The position numbers and the translations under genes were made by a program. A model generated the notes under the pieces. It was not told where the DNA came from, made no database searches, and saw only the letters and a list, made by a program, of their open reading frames with translations. Of a DNA stretch of 64,000 nt, positions 50,005-63,107 are shown in pieces (position 1 is the stretch's first letter; every line of letters starts with the position of its first letter). The stretch covers positions 288,874 through 352,873 of the forward strand of contig NMRA01000309.1 in NCBI GenBank assembly GCA_002633005.1, written 5' to 3'. Origin of the DNA: Phoronis australis (lineage: Eukaryota > Animalia > Phoronida).

Positions 50005-51070
50005 AACAAGAGCAACACAGAGCCGTTGTGAGCGTGGCCTACTTAAACAATTTTACTACAATGGTTGAGTTGCAGTAGCAAAGCACTGACATGCGCCCAC
50101 AGTGCATCGTATGTTTCTAGGGTTGCTTACAAGTTTCACAAAATACATGAACACAGAATTTGACCACTGATGGTAGATACTGTTGTGTCAACTTTCACTG
50201 AAATCGGTTCTTTAGATAAAATCCAAAAAGGCTATTCCCAAAAATGGCCAATAGGAGACACTGCAGTAGTCAAATCTGCCCCACAGTCAAATGGTGCCGG
50301 TGCATTGGCAACATATACCTCTGTTTCAAGTTTCACTGAAATTCATCACTCAGTTCTCTAGATGTCATCCAAAAACGCTCTTCCCCAAAAACAACACTTG
50401 AAAAGCCCCTTGTCAAGAACAGGACATGCTACAATGGTGAAATCTGATAAAAAAAAATGAAATCGCATACCACTGTGTCAAGTTTTATCAAAGATTGTCT
50501 GTTGTTCTCCAGGTATTATCCGAGAACAGTCATTCCCAGAATGGCCACTAGGAGGTGCTGCAGTGCTTGAATCCAACCCAAAATCAAATGGTGCCAGCCC
50601 ATTGACATCACATATGTCTACATCAAGTTTCATTGAAATTCGTCAACTGGTTCTCTAGATGTCATCTGTATGCACTCTTTGTCCAAACAACACTTGAAGA
50701 GCCCCTTTACAAGAACAAAATGGGCACAAGGAGGTGCTGCAATAGTAGAATCCGTCCACAAACTTAATGGTGCTGGCACATTGACATCACATACCTTTAC
50801 TTCACATTTCTTTGAAATATGTCTATTTGTTCTCTAAATATCAACCAAAAATGCTCTTCCCCAAAATACTAAAAAATCCATGTTCTCTGACCCCAGAGGG
50901 CTGAGCAGAATGACAAGTGGCTTAACTGTTCTAGTAATGCCCTGCACCCTCATGCAAAATTTCATCAAAATCCAACCAGGGGTTTTCGAGATATAGAACA
51001 GATACTCGGACAACTAGACAAACGTGACAACAATATGTACCCACTTTACATAAATGTGGACACATAAAAA
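50005..51070 (+). mobile_element. HINE / non-autonomous Helentron-like element, copy 2 with internal tandem array
   Basis: AACAAGAGCAAC start, ATGCGCCCACA at 50091, about 4-5 diverged 130-190-bp units (TAGGAGGTGCTGCAG...AATGGTGC...CAAGTTTCATTGAAAT), degenerate terminal hairpin and CATAAAAA. Confidence 0.75.
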
Positions 51071-51396
51071 TCAATCATAATACAAAATTGTCATGATGCA
51101 ATTTCAGTGACTGTAAACTGGACACCAACTATTATCAACGATTTGAGTAGGCTAGTCTATTGTAAAATGTGGAAACAAACGTGTCACAATGATTCGTGGG
51201 CTAAATATTATCATTACGCCATCAGCTTAATGTGAAGGTGTGAAACCGCATGTCGTCTGCTAAACAAAGACTTGCAATTCCGCACAGTATATCACGATAA
51301 AATTGCAGTATACGTTTTTCCTCCACACCCAACAAACAAACCAAGTAGGAATAATGATTAGTATGGAGGCCATGTTACTGATAGTCACTGCTTTAC

Positions 51397-51574
51397 CAGA
51401 AGTAAGGTACGTGTTGGACGACCTCTGGATGATGGCTAAACTGGTACTTGACTTGTTCTCACATTCTTCCAACACAGTCATCGGTCGGATCTGTGGCGTT
51501 GGTGCCAGCTCGTATCCATAGAGGTTGCCGATGCTCATAGTCGTCTTCACTTTTTGATTATCACTGGGAATGCT
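51397..51574 (-). CDS. USP32: USP32 exon, most 5' one found (SIPSDNQKVKTTMSIGNLYGYELAP...TYLTS)
   Basis: Resembles human NFPQDNQKV..GFLCAFE, ttttag / gtaaag boundaries, phase 0 to 1 matching the next exon. Confidence 0.85.
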
Positions 51575-53742
51575 CTAAAAATGTAAATGTAATGGGAAGA
51601 AATCAATTTAGAACCAAATTAATATTTATCTCTATTCAATGCCCATGAGAGTAGTGATGGTCGTAAATGTGACCCACAAGACCAAATATCAAACTTCTTA
51701 AATAACTTAGTTTCAATATCACATTAATAGTAAACCATTGAAACTAAACACCTCAACAAAAGTTTGGAAATTTGTGTTCAATCACCGTGTTACTTTTGGT
51801 TTATTTACATCATGTTGCATACCAATGGAAAGCTCACTCATTCCCCTTTCCAACAATACCACATTTTGTAAATAAATTTTTGATGCTCAATAACTTTGCT
51901 ACCAACGAGAGCTTGGTCTCAAAGCGAATGTTGCAAATTTCCCTGTTTTTGCCAAGTACTGTCACTACCTGTGATGCGCTGGGGATTGACACCAGGGGTA
52001 AACAACAAATTTGTGAGACACTGAATAATAGCTTGGAACTTTTGCTATTAGTAGGCTCGTTATGAAATGCAATTATGCAAATTGTGTTTGCAACTTTCTT
52101 CAAATGTGAAAATCTGGTGTTCTGGCTTCAAGTATGCCACGTTTGTCTACTACAGCGAAGGCCCGAGCTCTTGGACTAATTGATGCTGGTGTTTCCCAGG
52201 ATGTGGTAGCAGCATGATTCGGATTGAGTCTTTATTAAATAGTGCCATCCCCAAACTTTTCGTGTGTGACTTTCACAAATTCTGTTTTTTATTCCACGAG
52301 ATTTCCCTTTAAGGGCTTTGAGCCTGAGAACTCCGTGTCAAATGTTACTTTCCCGTGAGCATAATTCCGGTCCATCTGCAACTTCATCGTAACTTCCCTT
52401 CACCCTTCCAACTACTCCTGTCTGATACTGACACAGCAGTAACTGTTAGTTCTGGAGATTAAACACCAGATGGCATAGTTAATGTTTGGACAGTCAGATG
52501 AGTTCCCATGTTGCACAGCAACATTTACCTGTAACTTCATGTTACTCTTGCAACACCTGTGTATTATTTGTGTTCATATAAAACGATTCCGTAAGAATCA
52601 ACGACTATTAGTTTCTTGGGTTTAGGATTAATACTTAAAAATTTATAAAAGAAATTTGATCCATGGAAAACTCTAAAGGCAGGCTCGTTGGCAACATTTT
52701 AAGCACGAACCCTTTTATATTCCTGGGTTAAACATTTATAGAACTATGGAATACTTGAAGACCCCATCCAAAGCCTACTAAAGCTCAACTAATGTGACAA
52801 ACTCCAGGGACAATAGTCCGACCACACCTTGTCTATAACACCCCAATCATCCCAAAACACATTCACTCAACAATCATGTTTTTCTTGCCTTTTACAACAC
52901 AACAAAATACTGAAAATGATTATATGACCTCATGCCAGAATCATTCACAAAAAAGTTAACTATTGCCTTGCTACAGTCTTGGAGTATTACATGATGCATG
53001 CCAGAATTAACATGAACTATCTTGATAACTAGCACCATGTCACACCACCACAGCACGAATCCATAAAAGATTTAGAGTTGACCCACAGTAGCAGGTGTTC
53101 TAGAAAATTAAAGTAGTTTGCAAAGACAATAATAAATTATGCAATTTCTAAGAATTATTCATTGACATTTTCAGACATTGTTACATCAGGACTAGAATCC
53201 ATGTTCTTTGAACTTTGAACTCTTAAGTAAAGCTTGAAATTTTCTGTTCTACTTTTGTCCAAACTCAAGATAAGTTATCGGCCAATACATAAATACAGTA
53301 CGGTTGAGTTTCTAGATCACTGTATTCAAGCTCCTGGTAAAAAGTCAAGATTTCGAGTAAAGCTAAAAATTTCAAGTAAAGCTAAAAATTTCGAGATCAG
53401 GCTCAAACTTTTAGCCTTAATGATGGGGTCATTAAGAGCAAACTATGATTATCTGAATCAACAGAATAATAGACAGATATCTTGAGTTTGCACAAAAATA
53501 GAAGGCAAAATGTCCCAATTCTACGGATATGCAAAGGCAAATGGAGTAACTTAAAAATTTCACTTCCATGACACTGTGTTGCCATCTCAGACACAGGTCG
53601 GAGCATCAATGACCACTGATGGTAACAAAATGGTACCAACTAGATTCTGTTCAGTCTGAGTTATTCATATAAAAGTGAAAAATGTGTTCCCGTGACAGAC
53701 AACAGCAGAATTATGGAAAATGAATCATTGTTAATGATGCCC

Positions 53743-54075
53743 GAGGCAGTATGGCTTAGTATGTGATAGGTGTTCGATTGCTAACTAGATGTTGTGGATT
53801 CGAGCCCCACTGGAACACACTGCTAGACCCTCGAGCCCCACTGGAACACACTGCTAGACCCTCGAGCCCCACTGGAACACACTGCTAGACCCTCGAGCCC
53901 CACTGGAACACACTGCTAGACCCTCGAGCCCCACTGGAACACACTGCTAGACCCTCGAGCCCCACTGGAACACACTGCTGGACCCTTGAGTCAGGTCACT
54001 AGTTCTTCAGCTCAGTTTTAACTGTTCATAAAGCATAAACATTATTCCAGGTGACCAGTGCAATGGGCCCACATG
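53743..54075 (+). mobile_element. tRNA-derived SINE with CORE-like domain and internal 31-bp x6 amplification
   Basis: A-box-like TGGCTTAGT, B-box-like GGATTCGAGCC, CORE-like CCTTGAGTCAGGTCACT...CTCAGTTT. Tandem unit TCGAGCCCCACTGGAACACACTGCTAGACCC at 53800-53985. Confidence 0.75.
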
Positions 54076-56844
54076 CAAAGCCTGCGCACATCTGATACAA
54101 CGTGAGAACGTTGAAAATGAAAACTGAGACGCGATTCATGATCCAAGTAGCAAACGTTTCAGTTGAATGACAGGAAGCAAATTGAACAACTCTTTTGGTC
54201 TTGCAATGTTATACATTTTTTGGGGATTCCTCTCAAAATTGATTTCAGATAAAATACGAATAGCGTTAAATTTAATTTCTATGAACATGTTTTTGGAAAA
54301 GAAGAAAAAATTGTTGATCTCTTGATTTGCCTAGCAAAATTACATCCACAGCATGGATTTGCTTACAAAAGAAATTTATGAATCTTTTGTATTGGAAAAG
54401 CTTTTATTCAAAAAATTGTGAACAAAATAAATTCAATGATAGGTGGACCCCTCCTTTATTTCTCTAATAACCATTGATTGATCTCTGGTACGAGTGTGGC
54501 TGTGAATTATACATGCATTAATTTGTAATTCTTCATGTGAGCTAATAAAGGTAAAATAAAATAAAAAGCAAAAAAATGAGTAACCGATTGCATTCCAAAC
54601 ATTCTAAGTAAAACAAATCAAGAAAATGTTTATTACACCGTAGTGGTCTGGGAACCAATTCCTTGAAGAGACTACTGGCTTTTGTTATTTGATTTGAGCT
54701 AAAAGTCAGAAATCTGACTACAAACAGCCAAATGGTGATTTTTAGCTTNNNNNNNNNNNNNNNNNNNNNNNNNNNNNNNNNNNNNNNNNNNNNNNNNNNN
54801 NNNNNNNNNNNNNNNNNNNNNNNNNNNNNNNNNNNNNNNNNNNNNNNNNNNNNNNNNNNNNNNNNNNNNNNNNNGGATGCGGGGGGGGGACTGGAGGATG
54901 AGGGGCTTCGGGTGTACGAGCCATTCTCATAAACACAACAAAAATTCCAAGACTTTTGTTTCCAAGCGCCATTGAATTTCACATTTATGGAAAATGTAAT
55001 TGCTGAAATTGATCTTTTTTGTTTTTCAAAACCAAGACTTTTAAATTGTTGTGAATGCACAGAATTTCTCAAAATATTATCTGATGGTAGCAATGGTGCT
55101 AACGCATTTAATTGCTGCTATTTACCTTTAAAAGAAAACAAAATTTAAATTTCAATAGTCTGTTAACTCGAACCACCCGATCATAACGGAAGTACTTAGA
55201 GGCTTCATATTTCATGGGTAACCAACACAAGACAAGATTTGAGAGTGAAAATTGCACTACAGCATTCATAAGTATCAATTCGTCATTGGTCCAGGCATAT
55301 CATGCCTAGAGGAAGTTTTTCAACAGGAATTTTCAAGTGCTTGAGATGCACTTTTGTAGGTTTCTTTTCAAAGTAAGCTTTCTCGCATATCAAGTTGCAT
55401 ACGGTAAAAATTCCAGAATTTAGGACAGTCACCCAAATTTCGGACACCTAAATCAAACCCAAATTGAATTTTTTTGATTCTGAAATTTGGGACACGGTCA
55501 AATTCGGCATTTACCATATTCCTCAAATTTCGAACAAGTCGATTTTAGTAGCATTGGCCGCAATTCTCAAATTTCGGACAGTGCACCTTTTTGCATGATC
55601 GGGGGCTGAATTTAAATCTGGAAGTTCATCAAGTAATGGTGATTGTTTACACACCATTAAAACTGCCACCGGTGTAATGAATTGACTGATGTCGCAGTAT
55701 ATACTTATCGATATAGATAGCAGTCATAATCACGGGCTCAGATATTTGCCACGCTTGATCGCAGTTTCACTATGCAAATAAAATGTAAGTTCTCCGACTT
55801 TCACGTAATCGCCACAGTGTCATGCTTTGTATTTGGATTAACAGCTAATTAATAAGCACCAGTGATGAGACCATTGTGTTATCAAGTCAGATCCCAGGTT
55901 CACGGCTTCAATTTTTTTCTGCGAACCTACGACCCACTAACCTTCCTCCCAGCACCCCGACCTTTGCTATGCCATGCGCAAGAATCAGTGAAATGGTGTT
56001 GTTCAGTGGCAAGTTCAAACAGACTTTGTGAAAAGCAAAAATCCATGTCCTAGTTTGTTGTGCAGTATACATTCAAAATGTTCATGTTGTAAATATATCT
56101 GTATGTCTCCGTATTGACATTCTATTTACCAGCCTATTGTGTATTAGACGAAATATTTGGGCTCTCTCGCACCAAGGATAAGAATTTTGAAGCCATCTAA
56201 AACAGAGTGTGGACCAATTAATCTTCAGTCAACGCTGCTTCATTTACACCCGTCCCAAGTCCCTTTCATGGGAGTGTGATTTGTAAGATAAAACCTGGGC
56301 CCGTAGCAGAGATCGATCTACATCCGAATAAATTGAATTTATTCACCAGTGGACGGCGCTGCTATCGGCCCAGATTGAGCTTAGGACAGATAGAATTTAT
56401 GACCAGCAACAGCAGTATCAGGAAAGCAAGCTTATTGGGACGAACGGCTTTTATATAAAGCAAAATCAGCATCAAAGAAGCTAACGCACTTTTAGGCGGC
56501 TACTTGAACAGTCACTTGCGCGTGGTGCATGACGTTTTCCAGTTAGAACTATATAGGGCCTACCTCTGTTAAATTGTGATCTGGCCTACTGCTATGTTTC
56601 GAAATAAAAATTCCAAACTTTCATCGATTGAATATACCCCAGTCATATATAGCAACAGTTCTATAATTGTCAAATAAACGCCCGGATAGGTAATTGAGAT
56701 AAGACCGCCAGAACCTTAGTTACATCATAGAATTTAAGTATCAATGGTTACATATATGTCGTTGGCAGGAACACTGTTTCGCTAAGGTCTGTTTGAGTGA
56801 CAGGTGTTGCACGCGCTGACCCAGAAACAAATCAGAGTTACATA

Positions 56845-59356
56845 CCGTAAACGTTCGGGTTAATGCGCTGGGCGGTTAAATTGGCAAACCCAAAAAATCG
56901 GGGGTGGGCGGTTAACCAGACATGGGCGCTTAAACGTGAAATTTCAAGAAAGCCAGGGTGGGCGGTTAACTGAGCATCGGCGCTTATTACGACAGACAAC
57001 CGCCCTGGGCGGTTAATCTTACATGATCAGAGTACCACACGGCACACGTACTCGGAACGCGTAGAACTTTTCAAAGAGCTTTATCGTCAAGTCGCCAAAT
57101 ACCGCTAAAAGTGTCATAACAGCGGGCAATCCCAAGAAATGTTTTGCTGCCCACAGATTAGTCAATCACAATTAAATTTACAAAATTGGTGAGTAATAGC
57201 CCTGTGCCTTCCTGTGATCTTATTAGAGCTGTAGTGCGCAGACGACCAGTAACAATAAGTTGGATTGCAACTATTCTCACGCGATGACACTTTAGAAATG
57301 CGCGCGTGCGGGCGCGAGCTTCACGTGTTGCAGAGGTCACAGCAGACATCAAATTTATGGTGCTGTCAAGTTCCGAGTCAAAGACCAATTTTAAAATTAA
57401 TGATGTAATAAAATTTTGAAAAACAAATTCAGGTGTTTTTGTGTTTTTGATGTTTATGTTGGAGATTAGATTAGATTAGATTATACTCCGTGACTCATTT
57501 TCAACGCATGGTTCTGCGGCTAGCTGTTTTATCTCGACCGCCCGGCGTTGCCCACTTCCAATTGCGTGAAACATGCCACGCAAAGAAGATGAGAATCGGG
57601 GGTAAGCCGACATGAGCCAGTCGTCAACCAAAAGTTACCGCAAAGGCATTACTCAAAAACAAGCATTTGCTTAAGATTTTATTTTAAAATTACTAACACT
57701 ATGACTGGGGATGAGTCTAGCGAGCGCGTACAGTAGAGTCCGAGGAAAAAATTACCAGTTCGTACACATATCTGCGTCGGTAAAAAACAATTCGTAGATG
57801 TAGCCCCAATTCTTCGGGTAACTGGCATCCGTGGTTTGCGTGGCTATACAACTAAATTAGTGAAGAGCTTCAACCAGCAACGCGTCCTTTCCGAGTCAGT
57901 GTTTTGCAACCGAGACTCCGCGCTCGGCATAACGAACTGCAGGTCGCTTTGGAAACCTGAAATTTGGAAATGCGAGCCAAGATTATAAACGTTTTGTACC
58001 TGCCACCGGGAAATTCCAACCTACGCGAGCCGTTTTTTTTGGGGGGGTAAAATAGATAGGCCTACCTAGCAAACATAAAGCAACTCGAAAAACATTTATT
58101 TTAGACACAATATGTACAGATTATCCCATTATAATATCACCTACGGCAATATCGCACTGCGGCACTGGTCGGTCCCGCTGTTTGCGCACAATATGCCGTC
58201 ACTGGACTTGGAAATGCCGTCAAGTAATTTAACAGCCTCTTTCAATATGAGTCTTGTTTTATGTGACAAAAGACAGCGGCTGGATTCAACACGTGCGTAC
58301 GTATGAGTCACCTGTCAATCATATATGTTGTTGTCAAGGTAATATGCACTCCAGAGTGTGGGAACTTACACGCCTGCACATCAAAAGAGAACAGTGATAG
58401 TCCTACGAAAAGGAGTACACCGGCGCGACTCTCTACTTTCAAGCTGTTGTTACAAAAAAACAGTGTTTTACAAGTTTCCTCCGTTCAAATAACCCAAAAC
58501 TACAATGTCAAATCTGTTCCAATATTTCCCAGCTCCATGATCCCTGGACCCGATGTTCCATGCCCGTAGCTAGCTGCGTGCACGTCATTATCACTGAAGC
58601 CAATTTCCAATCAGTTACGTCGTAGATGTCTCAGACACGAATGGTAAGAATTTTGTTCAGGCTGAAACTGCCCAATGTAGAAACAAAAATATTCGGGAAG
58701 CTAAAACGCTAGGTGGATATGATAATTCATAGTTACGCCTGTCGCAAGAAATCGTACTACAGAGAGCGGCTCGCGACTTTGGGGGAATCTGCTAACGCCA
58801 ATTTGCCCGAGATGCAATAAACGAAAAACAAAATAAATTTGACTTGCACTTTTTTATTTCTTCAAAATGATACACAAACATCCAGTAACGTATTGCCAAC
58901 CTTTGAATTCAGATATCGAGAGACAGCAAATCGGCCAGCGAGGTACACTGTCCGTTCGGTCGCTACACATCCTCGATAACCTGGCAATTACACTCATCAA
59001 AATCGGGACAATTTGAATGTCTCCGTGAGTTATGGAAATTCTTCCAGATACGAGAGCTTCCTACCAAAAGCGAATTGGAAAGGTTGGCAAAACCACTGTC
59101 ATATTTCTCTGGCCCGATTTTTTTCGAATACATGTTTTATGTAGTGCACTGCAGACAGAAACTCAGCGCGGCAGACCGCGTCGCTAAAAGCGAAGGCATT
59201 GAAGCCGGCGATGTTCTTAAACTTTTTGAACATGAGAAGAAAATAAAGTGACAAAACGTTCAAGTATTATATTTTGAAGTAAATCCATGACCCGAGACAA
59301 GAATTCGTTACTTGTATTAAAATTCACATTGCCAAACCGCCGGCTCGGAGGCCGTC
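56845..59356. mobile_element. Tc1/mariner(pogo)-like non-autonomous element, copy 2 (right end in gap)
   Basis: TA|CCGTAAACGTTCGGGTTAATGCG left TIR. Colinear with 2563-3024 and with 3310-4120. No transposase ORF. Confidence 0.88.
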
Positions 59357-60151
59357 NNNNNNNNNNNNNNNNNNNNNNNNNNNNNNNNNNNNNNNNNNNN
59401 NNNNNNNNNNNNNNNNNNNNNNNNNNNNNNNNNNNNNNNNNNNNNNNNNNNNNNNNNNNNNNNNNNNNNNNNNNNNNNNNNNNNNNNNNNNNNNNNNNNN
59501 NNNNNNNNNNNNNNNNNNNNNNNNNNNNNNNNNNNNNNNNNNNNNNNNNNNNNNNNNNNNNNNNNNNNNNNNNNNNNNNNNNNNNNNNNNNNNNNNNNNN
59601 NNNNNNNNNNNNNNNNNNNNNNNNNNNNNNNNNNNNNNNNNNNNNNNNNNNNNNNNNNNNNNNNNNNNNNNNNNNNNNNNNNNNNNNNNNNNNNNNNNNN
59701 NNNNNNNNNNNNNNNNNNNNNNNNNNNNNNNNNNNNNNNNNNNNNNNNNNNNNNNNNNNNNNNNNNNNNNNNNNNNNNNNNNNNNNNNNNNNNNNNNNNN
59801 NNNNNNNNNNNNNNNNNNNNNNNNNNNNNNNNNNNNNNNNNNNNNNNNNNNNNNNNNNNNNNNNNNNNNNNNNNNNNNNNNNNNNNNNNNNNNNNNNNNN
59901 NNNNNNNNNNNNNNNNNNNNNNNNNNNNNNNNNNNNNNNNNNNNNNNNNNNNNNNNNNNNNNNNNNNNNNNNNNNNNNNNNNNNNNNNNNNNNNNNNNNN
60001 NNNNNNNNNNNNNNNNNNNNNNNNNNNNNNNNNNNNNNNNNNNNNNNNNNNNNNNNNNNNNNNNNNNNNNNNNNNNNNNNNNNNNNNNNNNNNNNNNNNN
60101 NNNNNNNNNNNNNNNNNNNNNNNNNNNNNNNNNNNNNNNNNNNNNNNNNNN

Positions 60152-60602
60152 GATATGTTTTCTTGCACACAGATTTTGATTGCTGACATCTCCTCTATTT
60201 GAGGGTAATTATAACAATCTGAGATATGTTTTCTTGCACACAGATTTTGATTGCTGACATCTCCTCTATTTGAGGGTAATTATAAGAATCTGAGATATGT
60301 TTTCTTGCACACAGATTTTGATTGCTGACATCTCCTCTATTTGAGGGTAATTATAACAATCTGAGATGATATGTTTTCTTGCACACAGATTTTGATTGCT
60401 GACATCTCCTCTATTTGAGGGTAATTATAACAATCTGAGATATGTTTTCTTGCACACAGATTTTGATTGCTGACATATCCTCTATTTGAGGGTAATTATA
60501 ACAATCTGAGATATGTTTTCTTGCACACAGATTTTGATTGCTGACATCTCCTCTATTTGAGGGTAATTATAAGAATCTGAGATATGTTTTCTTGCACACA
60601 GA
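60152..60602. repeat. 71-bp tandem repeat, at least 6 copies, abutting a gap
   Basis: Unit GATATGTTTTCTTGCACACAGATTTTGATTGCTGACATCTCCTCTATTTGAGGGTAATTATAACAATCTGA. Confidence 0.95.
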
Positions 60603-63107
60603 TCATAAGTATCTTCATTTTTCATAAATTCAGGCTCAAAGCAAAATTACCCTTTCATAAAATACAGTAGTCTCACAATAACAAACATAAAGTAAAATTT
60701 CAGAACACTGGGAATAAGAAATTTGATGAAACCTGAAAGCATTTGTTGACTATGAGTTGGTGGGTACATCTCCTTGGATCAAATACAGTTGACAGATAGA
60801 TGTGCTAATATTGCTTCATTCTAATTTGAAGGACAACTTAGACTAAGAATATCAATTACTATGGTAACTATATAGAATATGCAGCATTTTTTGCAGAAAG
60901 TTGTCATTCTATGGTCTTTGAAACAAGTATACCTCATTGTGGACAAAAATAATCACCAAAACTTATCGTTTTTTCATTTTTCAAAAATTCCTGTTGTGAG
61001 TGCTCACACTTTATCACAATGTTGCCTGATAGTGACAATGGTCATGCGACTTAAAACAATAAAGCTTTCATTAGGTGTTAATTATGAAACAATGAAAAAA
61101 TAATTCCACTTATCTATCATACAGTGTCCCAAAGCAGTTGAGATTTTACGTTTTGGTGAAAGTTCTCCTATTTGGGACAGTGAATTCCATGCCAATATTG
61201 ATTCTGAAGATTGGGACACGGCCAATTCCAGCGTTCATGGTGTTTTTCAAATATTGCACACAGCATTTTGAATGAACAAAGTTTAAGATAAAAGCGTGGA
61301 AAATAGCTGCCTGAGAAAAATTTGTCGAACTCGTTATTTTTGATAGTGAAAAATGATTTATTTTGATAATGGTCAGTCTTCGAGAACAGTTTTTAAAAAT
61401 TCCATGTATTGGCCATAATGAATCCAATTATGCCAATATTTTCATCACTATTCAAAATAATTCTTTAAACATAATACTTACGCACCAAGTGTACAGGTTG
61501 TTATGAACAACTTCAATTGATTTCAGTTACAGTACATGGCAAGTTTTTATCGGTCATTTTCAGGCTTATTGATTTTCATTGCTTTTAGCAGATTTGAACG
61601 TCAATTTCTCTTTGGTGCGCGGGTAAATTCCCATAAAATTTTTCACACGCATTTTATGGTTTGTGATCGAGGGAAATAGTATTTAATCTTAGATTTTCGA
61701 TTTTCTATGGAACAGCGAAGACATTAGCATACAAAAAATGGACATCAGGTTTTTTAAAGCCGTACTTTCATGGCTGACATCTCTTTTGCTAGAAGGTAAC
61801 TAAAAACTCTGCAGTTCCATGCTATTAACAGTAAAAATATACTACATAATTCAAGCATAGTTGAGCCCAATATAAGTTTTAAGGGTTACATAATTAAGTG
61901 TGCATTGTCTCCAAAAATGATTGCTAGTTGTGTCCAGGTTAGAAATCCCTTCTTCTGGTTACACAGTTTTGTACAAGTTATGACATGTTCACTAATTTGA
62001 GCATTTTTTGCAACAATGGCACCGTTTTACTGTGACAGTGCAAATTTGACAGTGCATGAGCGTCCCTTGGGTGTGGCACAAAAGTATATTGGAACGCTTG
62101 TTGATGCCCAGCATATCAAAACTGGAAAAAATTAATTTTACCCTGAATAATGTTTTTGGATAGACCAGTTGAACAGTAAAAATTCCTGAGTTTGGACACA
62201 ATATAGTGGACATTTTGTCAAATTTCTCAACAAAAAGGACATTTCAGGAAAATTTGCTTTGCTATTAGCGTGGTTTGTAAGGTGTAGCTATTACCATACA
62301 CTTTGTAAAATTTTAAGTATTTTCAACAAAGTGGCAAGATTCTGAAAAATAGAAATATGGCTATTCTAGCAATTACATTTGTCCTAAATTGAAGAATTGT
62401 TATCATAGCTATTCAAAAAGCACTCCGCTACAGTAGAAAACTTTCATGAAAGTCACTACTTCATAGACTATTCTGTCTGTAACATGTTTTTGTAAGTTGC
62501 GAGCTATAACCCCAACAAAATGCTTGTTTATTGAATGAAAATTTTAACCCCTTTAAAAATTCATAACTACAACTAAAGATACACAAAAATGGATCCTTTA
62601 TAGACCATAGTCCATTCAACTCCTAAGGAAGACAAGAAAATCACTTCCATGACTACTTTTGGGAGACACATTTTTGGTCGTTTTAGTGGAATCATCAACA
62701 TCTTCATCAGCAAAATTTTTTAGACAGCATGTAACTTGCTCTGAAGTCACACACCTCGGAACATGGCAAGCCTGACTTCAAACAAGAGCACATTTTTGCA
62801 CCAATCACTTTTTACATTTATTTTTGCAGTAAACATTTTTCATGACATGTTCTGGAAGTATGTGGCAGAGTCATCCAGTGAAATGTCAGGTTATCATGTT
62901 CCAACATCATTACTGTTGCTTCAACTACCAAATTACTTACAACAATTGTCCGTTCTTATAATATTCCGCACATGTTTAGCAAAATACAGTATCTTCAATC
63001 TCGGGAAATTTCAAATATGAAATACAAACAGTAACCGTGTAGCGAGAAAAAAGACCTAGAAGAATCCCCTTCAACAGTGCAGGAACTTGTTTACTACTCA
63101 TCCTCAA

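Noticed and set aside
53743-53815. tRNA gene
   Set aside because: A/B boxes are degenerate, no clean cloverleaf, and it continues into a dispersed body sequence, so it is a SINE head.
56845-59356. Autonomous transposase gene
   Set aside because: No ORF of 90 aa or more outside the gap and no DDE/D motifs seen.
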